A DNA stretch of 64,000 nucleotides, from assembly GCA_964505975.1 (NCBI GenBank), contig CAZDLW010000004.1:17790-81789 (forward strand). Direction: 5' to 3'. Below the pieces are notes generated by a model that was not told where the DNA came from, did not search any database, and saw only the letters and a program-made list of their open reading frames with translations. This DNA is from an uncultured Bifidobacteriaceae bacterium (GTDB lineage: Bacteria > Acidobacteriota > Vicinamibacteria > Vicinamibacterales > UBA2999). This document shows, piece by piece, positions 35,633 to 44,735 of this stretch. Positions within the stretch are counted from its first letter, which is position 1, and each line of letters opens with the position of its first letter. The translations under genes and the position numbers were made by a program.

Positions 35633-37357
35633 ATGCCAGTGCCGACACGCTATCCACGAGAGCAGATGCATCGGATCCGGTATACGAAGCTCACGCCCGA
35701 ACAGATTGGCAGCAAATTGTCGGCGGCAGCTGCCGGCCCGGCAAGCGCATCGCCGTTGTCGGAGGCACTGACGGGCCGATCGCTGAGAATCGTGCTGGAC
35801 GGCAGTCCTGCGCTGAGCTACCGCTTCACCGACAGGACTCGTCTGTCGCTCGTCGAGGGCGACACCGCAGCCGTGCAGAGCGGCTATGCCGCACTCACCC
35901 TGGATCGGCTCGTCCTGTTCTCGCACCTGATTCCAGGCACCCAGCGCGGCTACACGGTGGTCATCGACCAGGAGACGCAACTCGCTACTGTCTTCGAGGT
36001 GTGGTTCAGCGGGTACGAGGACAACCGCGAAGTACAACGGCATATTTCCCATGGGTATGTCGAGCAGGCCGGGGCGCCGGTCCCTGCTGCGCGGCACGGC
36101 ATCACCAACCGCATCGAAGGCAAGGGCTTCTACTGGCAGCAGGACACCGGCGCGGAGACGCTCGAGTTCTTCCCGAGCGTCATGTATTCGAATTTCGTCG
36201 AGGTCACGCGCTTCGGCGGCGAGCTGAGCTTCTGCGCGCCGTCCGACTACATTCGCATCGACGACAACAAGTACATCTATTCCCGCGTGGAGGCCGAATT
36301 CTCCGGCACGATGACCACGTATGTGCTCGACGTGAACCGCGTCGAGCAAATCGGTGTGCGCCTCGGCTTCGACGAGACCGACGCCCTCGAGTACTACCTG
36401 TTCACCGGGCGGGGCGAGTGGGTCGGTCAGATCGCGCAGTTCGAGCCGTTCGGCGACGTGGGCGCGACGATTCCACTGGGCAACCGGCCCGCTTCACCGG
36501 CGAAGGGCTGGCGCCCCGTCTATCGACCGCTGAAGACGAACCCGATCATGACCAGGTCGGAGGTGGACGCCGCCGTCGCGAAGAACCGGACGGTGTTCCC
36601 CGAGGCCAGCGCGATGGCTGGCAACAAGGGGCCAATCAGCCGCTTCCTCGCGGGAAAGGCGCTGACCCTTCGCTACGACGACGGGATGGCCATCGAATAC
36701 CGGTTCGACGGGATCCAGACGCTGCGCTGGCGGAGAGCCGGCGACGGTGCGTGGCGCGAGGAGCGCTACGAATCCTGGGAGTCCGCACCTGGCGTCATCA
36801 TGTTCGGCCACCTGCTAAGTGGAGCACTCGATCACGATGCATTCTCCATCGTCGTGGACTTCGATCACGCACTGGTCACGTGTCTCCACGCCACAATGGG
36901 CACGCCGTATATCGGGAACGAAGCCGCAGTGCGGACCGTCTTCGGTATCGTGGAGATGGAGGGGTTGACGCCGCCGCCACGGTACCGCCGTCACACCTAT
37001 ACGGACGAACTGGTCGGGAGAGCAGTGACATGGAACTACTCTCCGGGCCTGACATCGATGCACCTCTACTCGACACCGCATTCGCTCTCCTGGATCATCT
37101 TCCTGGAGAATGGGGCTGGCGGGATGGAATGGAGCGGTCCGGCGTCGTATGTGAAGATTCGCGACGAACTGTGTCTGGCCTACTGGCTGGAAGAGGCGTG
37201 TAACGGCACGCTCGGCACGATTCTCGTCAACATGCGGACGATGCGTAACTGCGGCGTCGATTATGCGGCCAGGCCGAACGGTCTGCGTCTGAGCGCGGTC
37301 GGCGCGCACGCACGTCACGCCGGTCGGTTCAACGTTCTGAAGTACTTCGCGTCGTAG
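35633..37357 (+). CDS. Hypothetical protein with four tandem calycin-type modules (double MoaF-like)
   Basis: 574 aa, possible alternative start at MHRIRY (35666). Each module begins with a [LI]xG[KR]x-hydrophobic strand: LTGRSLRIVL, IEGKGFYWQQ, LAGKALTLRY, LVGRAVTWNY. Modules 3 and 4 read like the MoaF N- and C-terminal domains. Family name is from memory. Confidence 0.7.
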   Translation: MPVPTRYPREQMHRIRYTKLTPEQIGSKLSAAAAGPASASPLSEALTGRSLRIVLDGSPALSYRFTDRTRLSLVEGDTAAVQSGYAALTLDRLVLFSHLIPGTQRGYTVVIDQETQLATVFEVWFSGYEDNREVQRHISHGYVEQAGAPVPAARHGITNRIEGKGFYWQQDTGAETLEFFPSVMYSNFVEVTRFGGELSFCAPSDYIRIDDNKYIYSRVEAEFSGTMTTYVLDVNRVEQIGVRLGFDETDALEYYLFTGRGEWVGQIAQFEPFGDVGATIPLGNRPASPAKGWRPVYRPLKTNPIMTRSEVDAAVAKNRTVFPEASAMAGNKGPISRFLAGKALTLRYDDGMAIEYRFDGIQTLRWRRAGDGAWREERYESWESAPGVIMFGHLLSGALDHDAFSIVVDFDHALVTCLHATMGTPYIGNEAAVRTVFGIVEMEGLTPPPRYRRHTYTDELVGRAVTWNYSPGLTSMHLYSTPHSLSWIIFLENGAGGMEWSGPASYVKIRDELCLAYWLEEACNGTLGTILVNMRTMRNCGVDYAARPNGLRLSAVGAHARHAGRFNVLKYFAS

Positions 37358-37485
37358 CAGCCTCCGTAGCGGGCGTTGCACCGGCGAATGCGAAGGTGAC
37401 ACAACTCGTCGGCTCTGTGCCGGGAGTCGCCCCCGGTGCCGTCGAGCGGCGCAACTCACGGGCGCATGAATATCGAGAGCACGGT

Positions 37486-38004
37486 ATGAGCACGTCAGCC
37501 TTGTCTACGCGCCGTTCGTTCATCCAGACAGCGGGAGCAGCACTGTCGGTGCCGCTGGTCGCCGCAAGCGCTTCTGTGGACGCAGCCGAGGAACCCAATC
37601 CGCTGGCGGCGCGGCTCGCACATCTCGAGGATCTGAACGCGATTCGCGCGCTGAATCATCAGCTCGCGAGACACCTCACCGCCGGCACGGGCGACCCCAT
37701 AGCGGCAGTGTTCGCCGATCCTGCGAACGCACGGATCAACCCGGAGGTCCGCGGTCTGGTACCGGACGGCTTCGGAGATTTGGACACGATCGATATCGCG
37801 CCGGATCGGCAAGTCGCCACTGCGGTGCTGCACTACACGGTGCACGTGGAAACCCCCATCGGGCCCGATTGTCCGCTCGTGGAGATGGCTCGCCAGCAGG
37901 GCGGCGGGATTGTGCGGCGAACCGAACACCGCGTGTTCGAGCATGCCTACGTTCGACGCGACGGGATCTGGAAGATCCAGCGGTCCGCGTGTCGCCTGCC
38001 CTGA
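37486..38004 (+). CDS. TAT-exported small protein, SnoaL/NTF2-like (tentative)
   Basis: ORF 37396..38004, start at ATG 37486. Twin-arginine leader MSTSALSTRRSFIQTAGAAL. The ~140-aa mature part ends in FEHAYVRRDGIWKI, an NTF2-like C-terminal strand. Confidence 0.6.
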   Translation: MSTSALSTRRSFIQTAGAALSVPLVAASASVDAAEEPNPLAARLAHLEDLNAIRALNHQLARHLTAGTGDPIAAVFADPANARINPEVRGLVPDGFGDLDTIDIAPDRQVATAVLHYTVHVETPIGPDCPLVEMARQQGGGIVRRTEHRVFEHAYVRRDGIWKIQRSACRLP

Positions 38005-38267
38005 ATCGCGACCTCGCGAGACGGCTCGAACGGCCCGAACTCATGCACGTGAGTCAAGTCTGCCCGCGTGCCGTTCGGGACGTCTCGCCGAGCACGGAGT
38101 GTGGGCGAGAGATACTGCCAGCCTAGCAAAGCGGAGCCACCGCCGACAGGCTCGACGGTCAGGGGCGGAGCCTCGCTGTGACTCTCGTGGCGGGCCAGGC
38201 GAACCCGCCGAGGGTGTATCATCCCCCCTGCTACACGCTTCACAGAGAGGAGTTGCGATGGTTACGT

Positions 38268-39877
38268 CATCCCGCCGCGAGTTCCTGAAGCAGGCATCCT
38301 TCTTCCTCGCCGCGTCCGGCCTGGGCCTCGAGCGGGCCTGGGCGACGGACCCCACCTACGTCATGGCCGAGACGTCCTTTGGCCGCATTCGTGGAATTGA
38401 CGCCAGCGGGATCAAGATTTTCAAGGGCGTGCCGTACGGCGCCAGCACCGCCGGCAGGAACCGATTCATGCCGCCGGTCGATCCCTCCAGGTGGACGGGC
38501 GTGCGGGATGCGCTGACCTGGGGTTCGAGCGCTCCCCAACGCGAGCCGGGCGTGCGCGCAACGACGTCGCGGCTGGCGGTCGCGGCGGCCGGCCTGCCTC
38601 CTGAGAGCGAAGACTGCCTGGTGCTCAACGTCTGGACGCCGGCCCTTGGCGACAACCGGAAGCGACCCGTGCTGCTCTGGTGCCACGGTGGTGGGTTCGC
38701 GTCCGGGTCGGGGTCGTCGCCCGTCACCGAGGGCGCGAACCTGGCGCGCCGCGGCGACGTGGTCGTGGTGACGATCAACCACCGGCTGAATGTCCTCGGG
38801 TTCACGTTTCTCGAGGCACTCGAGGGGCCGGAGTTCGCGCAGTCAGGGGATGTCGGCATGCTCGACATCGTGCATGCGCTCCAGTGGGTGCGCGAGAACA
38901 TCGAGCGGTTCGGCGGCGACCCGAATCTGGTCACCGTGTTCGGACAGTCCGGTGGCGGACGCAAAGTGGCGACGCTGCTCGCGATGCCGTCTGCGAAAGG
39001 GCTCTTTCACCGGGCCATCATCCAGAGCGGCGCCACGCTCAGACTGGTCGAACGCGATCAGGCAACCCGCGTCGCCACGGAACTGCTGTCGACGCTGGAG
39101 ATCGACCGGTCCCGTGCACGCGATCTGCAGCAGGTGCCCCTCGACCGCCTCATGAGCGCGTACTTCGCGACCGTGCGCCGCATGAACGTCGATCAGATGA
39201 CGCAGGGTTTTTCGCCCACGATGGACGGGCACGTCGTGCGGCAGCATCCCTTTCATCCGACTGCGTCCGACGTTTCTCCCGACGTGCCCCTGATGCTGGG
39301 ATCGACACGCACCGAGCTGACCTCGAGCGCCAACGCTGCGGCGTTCTCGCTCACCGAGGACGGCATGCGCACACGCGTGCGAGAACTGCTGGGCGAAGCC
39401 GCGGGACGCGTCATCGACGTGTATCGCACGACGAATCCGGGCGCATCTCCATCGGACATCTACTTTCTCATTGCCAGCGACGAGCGCTATGGTGTGCCGG
39501 TAATGAAGATTGCCGAGCGGCGCGCAGCGCTCGGCCAGGGACACGTGTATCTCTATTACTTCCGCTGGGAGACGCCACTCGACGGAGGCCGGCTCAGGTC
39601 CCCACACACGGTTGAGATTCCGTTCGTGTTCGACAACCTGGGGGCTTCGCGGCTGACCTCCGGCAGCCCGGAGGGGCCGGCGCTGGCAGGCAGGGTCAGT
39701 GATGCCTGGCTTGCGTTCGCCCGGACGGGGAACCCGTCGATTGACGCACTGCCGGCATGGCGCGCATTCGACGCGGCGAGTCGGGCCACGATGGTGTTCG
39801 ATAACCAGAGCGTCCTGGTGAACGACCCGATCCGGCAGGAACGTCTGGTGATGTTCGACGCGCTGGGGCTGGCCTGA
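38268..39877 (+). CDS. TAT-exported type-B carboxylesterase/lipase family protein
   Basis: Start at ATG 38268 after GAGAGG. Leader MVTSSRREFLKQASFFLAASG. Oxyanion block LLWCHGGGFASGSGS and nucleophile elbow VFGQSGGG. Confidence 0.85.
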
Positions 39878-39963
39878 CCCTTGGCCTGCTGCCAGGGGAC
39901 CGGCACAGGCATCCGGCTCGATGCGTGCGCAATCGACTCATCTGGAGCCGGTCACGGGTCCTT

Positions 39964-40024
39964 GGACCGCTATGCGGCCCGAAACGCGAATTTGTACTCG
40001 TTGTCCCGCCCGCATAGCGGTCCT
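39964..40024. repeat. REP-like hairpin, family B, best copy
   Basis: Arms GGACCGCTATGCGG / CCGCATAGCGGTCC are perfect over 14 bp. The loop carries AAACGCGAATTTGTACTCGTTG. Confidence 0.7.
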
Positions 40025-40046
40025 AGCCGCGCTTCGCGGCGGTGCC
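40020..40046. repeat. REP-like hairpin, family A, copy in reverse orientation
   Basis: GTCCTAGCCGCGCTTCGCGGCGGTGCC is the reverse complement of the ...GCGCGGCTAGGAC type, directly abutting the family B hairpin as at 5590-5691. Confidence 0.6.
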
Positions 40047-40090
40047 GGCTGGAGCCGGCCCCCCCCGACTCAGAAGGGAGATCCCACCCA

Positions 40091-41512
40091 ATGATGAGCA
40101 TCGCTGCAACGAAGAGTGCGTGCGGAGTTCTTATCGCCTCGATCGTGGCCGTCTCGATGTCGTGCTCGACTGCCGATAGCACATTCACGATCGTCGGTCG
40201 CGGCGCTCCGCTCGTGCCGACCATTCCTGCGGATCTGTGGGTGGATCCGTCGGACCACGAGGCGTTTCCGCCGGCGGAGATCGAAGGATATCCGGAGCGA
40301 CACTGGCTGGTCGGGCCCCACACAATGCCAGGGCCGGGCGACACGGTCGGATTCCTCGGCTCAGCCCGGAACGGCGCGGCGCCCGAGGGAATCGAGCCAC
40401 TCGCCGTTGACCTCTTCACGTCCAAGGACTTCTATGCCGACCGGGCGCTCTGGTCCGATCCGCGCTATTTCCGCTGCAATAGCCCCTATGCCCTCGAGGC
40501 ACAGTGGCGCGACGGAACGATCGGCGACGACCCGCCCCGCTCGGCTGCCTGGGGATACTGCGACCGGGATTACCCGCGCGAAGCCATCGTCAGCCCCTAC
40601 GCCTTCGAGACGGCCGAGGCCCACTACGCGGCCCTGCTCGCAGAGACGCGGAGCCGTGGCGGGCCAACCGAGCACACCTACGCAACGGTGCCCGGCGAAT
40701 GGAGCGGCCGCTACATCTGGCGGCGCGGGCAGAACTGGTACGCGGAGCTGCTGTGGAACCAGTTTCCGACAATTCTCTCGCTGCTCACGGAAGAGTACCA
40801 GACGCGCATGGTGCAGGAGGCCTACCATCAGGGGAATACGAACGCCGCGCACTGGCCGGCGCAGTACTGCTGGCCAGAAGGATTCATGCGGCGCTGGCAC
40901 TACCACGCCGTCACGAACCAGCCTCATGCGATCCTCGTGACGCCGTTGCTCGTGCAGATCTCGGCCGGTGATGCGGACAACTTCGTCACCAACGTGCACG
41001 TCGGCCGGTCGTTCAGCATGGAGGGCGGCGTGCCACGCCTGGGTGCCGAGGTGGCGCGCTGGTACGGCGAGACGATCGGCTTCTGGGACGGCGACGCCCT
41101 CATCACCTGGACATCCAACATCCAGGGCTGGAAGGTGCACGGCAATCCCGAGTTCTCGAGCAGGCTGCAGGCCGTCGAGATCTACACGCCGACCCGCGAT
41201 GCGGCGGGCAACGTCACCGGCCTCAACCACGAGGGTGTCTTTTACGATCCCGAGGCGCTCGTGCAGCCTATCCGGATGATCCGTACCCTCGAACGGACCA
41301 GCGGCTTCGATACAGGCGACCCGATCATCTTCATCGAGTGCGTGCCGACAATCTACCCGATTGACGGCCTTGCGACACCGGTGTCCCCACGAAGGGTGAT
41401 CCAATACCAGATCCCGGACATGTTCAACCGGCCCTGGGCCGACCTCTGGGAGGAGCACCACGAGCGGGGCATGCAGCGGCCCGAAAAGGAAGACATTTTC
41501 AGCTTCAACTAA
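40091..41512 (+). CDS. Conserved hypothetical lipoprotein
   Basis: Start at ATG 40091 after GAAGGGAG. Lipobox-like IVAVSMSCS. 473 aa with no recognisable catalytic motif. The C-terminal module ARWYGETIGFWDGDALITWTSNIQGW is shared with the pseudogene at 46615..47153. Confidence 0.75.
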   Translation: MMSIAATKSACGVLIASIVAVSMSCSTADSTFTIVGRGAPLVPTIPADLWVDPSDHEAFPPAEIEGYPERHWLVGPHTMPGPGDTVGFLGSARNGAAPEGIEPLAVDLFTSKDFYADRALWSDPRYFRCNSPYALEAQWRDGTIGDDPPRSAAWGYCDRDYPREAIVSPYAFETAEAHYAALLAETRSRGGPTEHTYATVPGEWSGRYIWRRGQNWYAELLWNQFPTILSLLTEEYQTRMVQEAYHQGNTNAAHWPAQYCWPEGFMRRWHYHAVTNQPHAILVTPLLVQISAGDADNFVTNVHVGRSFSMEGGVPRLGAEVARWYGETIGFWDGDALITWTSNIQGWKVHGNPEFSSRLQAVEIYTPTRDAAGNVTGLNHEGVFYDPEALVQPIRMIRTLERTSGFDTGDPIIFIECVPTIYPIDGLATPVSPRRVIQYQIPDMFNRPWADLWEEHHERGMQRPEKEDIFSFN

Positions 41513-41591
41513 TGGATCTTCCGGCGGGGCGGCTGCCAACGTCCAGAGCCCGCCGGTTGGTTCGCCATTACGCCCCCGGGCGCTATCCCGC

Positions 41592-42077
41592 TTACGTGCT
41601 CGCGCTGGGGGCGGGTACGTGCAATCGCGTTCGGGCGGTTTCGTGGCGACCTGACGCCGGGACCAGGCGGCCGGCTCGCCCGAGACCGTGCGGCGGCATG
41701 CCACTGTAGACGGCTTCGTACTGACCCGGCTTGACGACGTACGTCTCGTGCCAGATCCCCACGTCGCCGCGACTCGCGCCCACGCGCCGGTTGAAGTCCA
41801 CCCACGCCGGCCAGTGCTGCTTGTCCTTCGCCCGGGCGTACGCTTCGAGGTGCTCGAACGACCGCCAGTACTGCACGATGACCGAGCCCAGCCCGTTGTC
41901 GCCCAGAAAGCCCGAGCCCGGACTGGCTCGCAGCTCTTTCAGCATGCGCGGCATGGCCAGCGCCACCGGGAGCCACTTGTGGACTTTCCAGGGCTTGTTG
42001 ATGCGCATGCCGATCAGGAACACGACGAACTCACCGTCGATCTCTGCCGCCATCCGTTGCGGAATCACTGTCGCCAT
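41592..42077 (-). CDS. DUF4188-like protein
   Basis: ORF 41592..42107, start at ATG 42077. Blocks [22 protein letters not shown]...[14 protein letters not shown]...HWPAW..F. Family name is from memory. Confidence 0.6.
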   Translation of the reverse strand: MATVIPQRMAAEIDGEFVVFLIGMRINKPWKVHKWLPVALAMPRMLKELRASPGSGFLGDNGLGSVIVQYWRSFEHLEAYARAKDKQHWPAWVDFNRRVGASRGDVGIWHETYVVKPGQYEAVYSGMPPHGLGRAGRLVPASGRHETARTRLHVPAPSAST

Positions 42078-42169
42078 CGATTGAGTCCTGATAGCGCAGT
42101 ATAGCAACGTCAGCAGCGGCGCCTGACAACCGACTCCTCAGCGTGCCGCGCCGGTACGCCAGACGTCTC

Positions 42170-42469
42170 TCAACTGGTGTTCGAGACATTCGCCTCGTCG
42201 AACGGCGGGGACTCACCAATAGTCTTCGGAAGTTCGGGTGCGGCGGCCCCGAATAGGCGAAGCGTCTGCTCGTCTGGCCGGCATTTCAAAACGACGGGCG
42301 CTACCGCGCGGTCTGCACCCGTCGCCGTGAACTGCACCTGACCGGTCAGAAGCGCGGCGGCCGGATTGATCAGTACGATCCGCATCGTCCGTCCGCCACC
42401 GTCGGCGACATGGGCCAGGTACTGCGCGCCGGAGGGCGGCGGCATTGGCGCCGGTTCCACCCGCGGCAT
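42170..42469 (-). CDS. Hypothetical small protein (weak call, start uncertain)
   Basis: ORF 42170..42559 lies immediately downstream of the peptidase gene on the same strand. Third-position GC looks coding-like. Candidate starts are ATG 42469 or 42385. No recognisable motif. Confidence 0.3.
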   Translation of the reverse strand: MPRVEPAPMPPPSGAQYLAHVADGGGRTMRIVLINPAAALLTGQVQFTATGADRAVAPVVLKCRPDEQTLRLFGAAAPELPKTIGESPPFDEANVSNTS

Positions 42470-42539
42470 TGAAGTAGCCTGCCGAGGAAGGGCGCGATTG
42501 CATACACGCTGGGCACTTCGGGGGCCCAAGCGATATGCC

Positions 42540-44102
42540 TCAGGCCACGTTCGAGCCAAAGACCTCGATATCGACTAGGCGAAGGCCCTTCTTGGACAGT
42601 TCCTGCCATTTCTTCTCAAAGCCGAACCAGTCGTCGTTCACCCAGAGTGCGTGGGCGTCTTTGCCGTGGCCGAACACTCCGGCGTAGCGGCGGGTCTTGC
42701 CATCCACCCACGTTTCCAGATCGATGAGGCGCAGGCCTTTGCCAGAAAGTTCCTGCCATTTGTTCGCAAAGCCCTCCCAATTGTCGCCAACCCACAACGC
42801 GTGGCCTCCGCTGCCGGCCCGGAACACACCGGCGAAGCGCCGGGTCTTGCCGTCCCTCCAGGTTTCGAGGTCGATCAGGCGGAGGTTCTTGTTCGATAGC
42901 TCCTGCCACTTCTTCTCGAAGCCCGCCCAGGTGTCGCCCACCCACAGCGCGTGACCGTCGTTGCCGGCCCGGAACACGCCGGCGAAGCGTCGGGTCTTGC
43001 CAATCATGTACGTTTCGAGGTCGATGAGGCGCAGGCCCTTGTTCGACAGCTCCTGCCACTTCTTTTCGAAGCCCGCCCAGGTGTCGCCCACCCACAGCGC
43101 GTGACCGTCGTTGCCGGCCCGGAACACGCCGGCGAAGCGTCGGGTCTTGCCAATCATGTACGTTTCGAGGTCGATGAGGCGCAGGCCCTTGTTCGACAGC
43201 TCCTGCCACTTCTTTTCGAAGCCCGCCCAGGTGTCGCCCACCCACAGCGCGTGACCGTCGTTGCCGGCCCGGAACACCCCCGCGTAACGGACGCCGGCGC
43301 TTGTTTCGATGAGATGCCTCCTGCTCTTGTGAAAGATCGTCTTGCGGACGACCTGGACCTGCTGGGGTGTCATGGTAACCGGAGGCTGGCAGGCGGAAAA
43401 GTAGCTCATGACGTTCGAGCGGTGCGGTCTGAACGTGACGCCGCCGATCTTGAAACTGGCGGGACCGCTGCAGAGATTCTCGTTCACCTTCTCCTTGTAG
43501 TATTTGGTTCCGGGGTCCGGCGGCGTATCGGAGAGCAGGTCTCCGTTCAATGCGTTGGCGCCGCCAGCCTCGACCAGCGACTCGACCAGCGCCACCTCGG
43601 GCGCACCCCAGGTCGGATGCGTGTGGAAGAGGCCGAGATAGTGGCCGAATTCGTGCGCCAGGACGAGACCGGCGCGGCTGCCGAACTTAGACGATTGGTT
43701 CGTTACCGCGACGAAGTCCACGTTCGCCGTCGGCAGTTTCGCCTGGGGCGGCTGCGCTTGGCCGGTGTCGGGCGGGTACGCAAACCAGTTGTTGGCTGGT
43801 TCGGTCTTGTCCTTGCCCCAGCGCAGGAACACAGTGAACTTGCCGCGGATCTTCGCCGCGACGGCGTTGGCCTCGATCCACCACTTCGATCCGCCGTTGT
43901 GCAGGCTGTTCAGAGATGTGCTCTTCATGGGATGCCAGTCGTTCATCGGATCGAAAGCAAAGCGGATGTCAGCGGGTGCGAAAATCTCGTTGACCATATC
44001 GACGGCAGCGGCAAAGGCTTGGGGAGTAACCGTGCATTTGCGGCCGCCGCCCGTGTCGGATAGGGGAATCGCATGAATCCGAATGGTGTAACCGATAGCC
44101 AT
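42540..44102 (-). CDS. M43 (pappalysin)-type zinc metallopeptidase fused to five 50-aa tandem repeats
   Basis: AAGGAG lies 6 nt before ATG 44102. Zinc motif LAHEFGHYLGLFHTH, Met-turn SNVMSYF, then 5 copies of R[FY]AGVFRAGNDGHALWVGDTWAGFEKKWQELSNKGLRLIDLETY..GKTR. No signal peptide is visible (MAIGYTIRIHAIPLSDTGGG). Confidence 0.85.
   Translation of the reverse strand: MAIGYTIRIHAIPLSDTGGGRKCTVTPQAFAAAVDMVNEIFAPADIRFAFDPMNDWHPMKSTSLNSLHNGGSKWWIEANAVAAKIRGKFTVFLRWGKDKTEPANNWFAYPPDTGQAQPPQAKLPTANVDFVAVTNQSSKFGSRAGLVLAHEFGHYLGLFHTHPTWGAPEVALVESLVEAGGANALNGDLLSDTPPDPGTKYYKEKVNENLCSGPASFKIGGVTFRPHRSNVMSYFSACQPPVTMTPQQVQVVRKTIFHKSRRHLIETSAGVRYAGVFRAGNDGHALWVGDTWAGFEKKWQELSNKGLRLIDLETYMIGKTRRFAGVFRAGNDGHALWVGDTWAGFEKKWQELSNKGLRLIDLETYMIGKTRRFAGVFRAGNDGHALWVGDTWAGFEKKWQELSNKNLRLIDLETWRDGKTRRFAGVFRAGSGGHALWVGDNWEGFANKWQELSGKGLRLIDLETWVDGKTRRYAGVFGHGKDAHALWVNDDWFGFEKKWQELSKKGLRLVDIEVFGSNVA
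42548..43297. repeat. Five tandem 150-bp coding repeats, two of them identical
   Basis: 42951-43100 is identical to 43101-43250, and exact 150-bp periodicity extends over 42951-43277. The outer units are diverged. Confidence 0.9.
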
Positions 44103-44735
44103 CTCGTGCTCCTTTGATTGCGCTGCGGGACGAGCACCCTCGTTGGCCCCCCGACTCAGTCGAATTCGGCACCGCTTCAGTTGCACGGCGTGTGGCGCCT
44201 CCAGCACGAGATACTACAATGACCTCCGCTACTCGGAGCCACCACATTCTCACGCCCTCTTCAGGTGAAACGTCGCCAATGCAGAAACCGAACAGACGCG
44301 GTACAAGACAAGGGGCCGCAGGACGTTACACCAACGAGGCCGGAATCGGCAGAAGCGAGGTTCGCCGGTTGATCCGCCGGCCCGCCCGCACTTCGGCCTG
44401 CGGAGATTGCTGATGCCCGACATCCGTGCGGGCGACCGAAACGGCCGCAGGCGTTGCTGCGCGAGCGGTTTGGCGTGACACACACGCGAGGGCCCACTCG
44501 CGCCCGGACCGGGAGGGACGCGACGCCGGAGTCGCCGTCGCTCTGGTGTTGTCGAATCGCCCCGACGCTGGAGGTTCTCGCTGCCTGCTGATGGCAGACG
44601 TGCACGTGCACGATACGGATACCATCTACGTCCTCGAAGGCTCGGCGGTCATTGTCACCGGTGGCGCTGCGCAGCGCGAGGGACCACTCGACACGCTGTT
44701 ATCGAACCTCCGCGGGCCGTCCGACCTGGTTCGTC

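Noticed and set aside
41513-41591. Imperfect hairpin CCGGCGGGGC...GCCCGCCGG between convergent genes as a terminator.
   Set aside because: The stem is imperfect, the loop is about 16 nt and there is no T-tract, so the call is too weak.
42548-43297. The tandem 150-bp repeats, or the hairpin cluster at 34802-35141, as a CRISPR array.
   Set aside because: The 150-bp units are contiguous with no spacers, are in frame and encode a protein repeat. The hairpins have variable loops and spacing and no cas genes are nearby.
44591-44665. A cupin-like peptide ADVHVHDTDTIYVLEGSAVIVTGG as a gene.
   Set aside because: Only about 25 residues look protein-like, and the rest of ORF 44426..44809 is Arg/Ala-rich. 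At most it is a relic, and it is mentioned only in the decay-zone finding.
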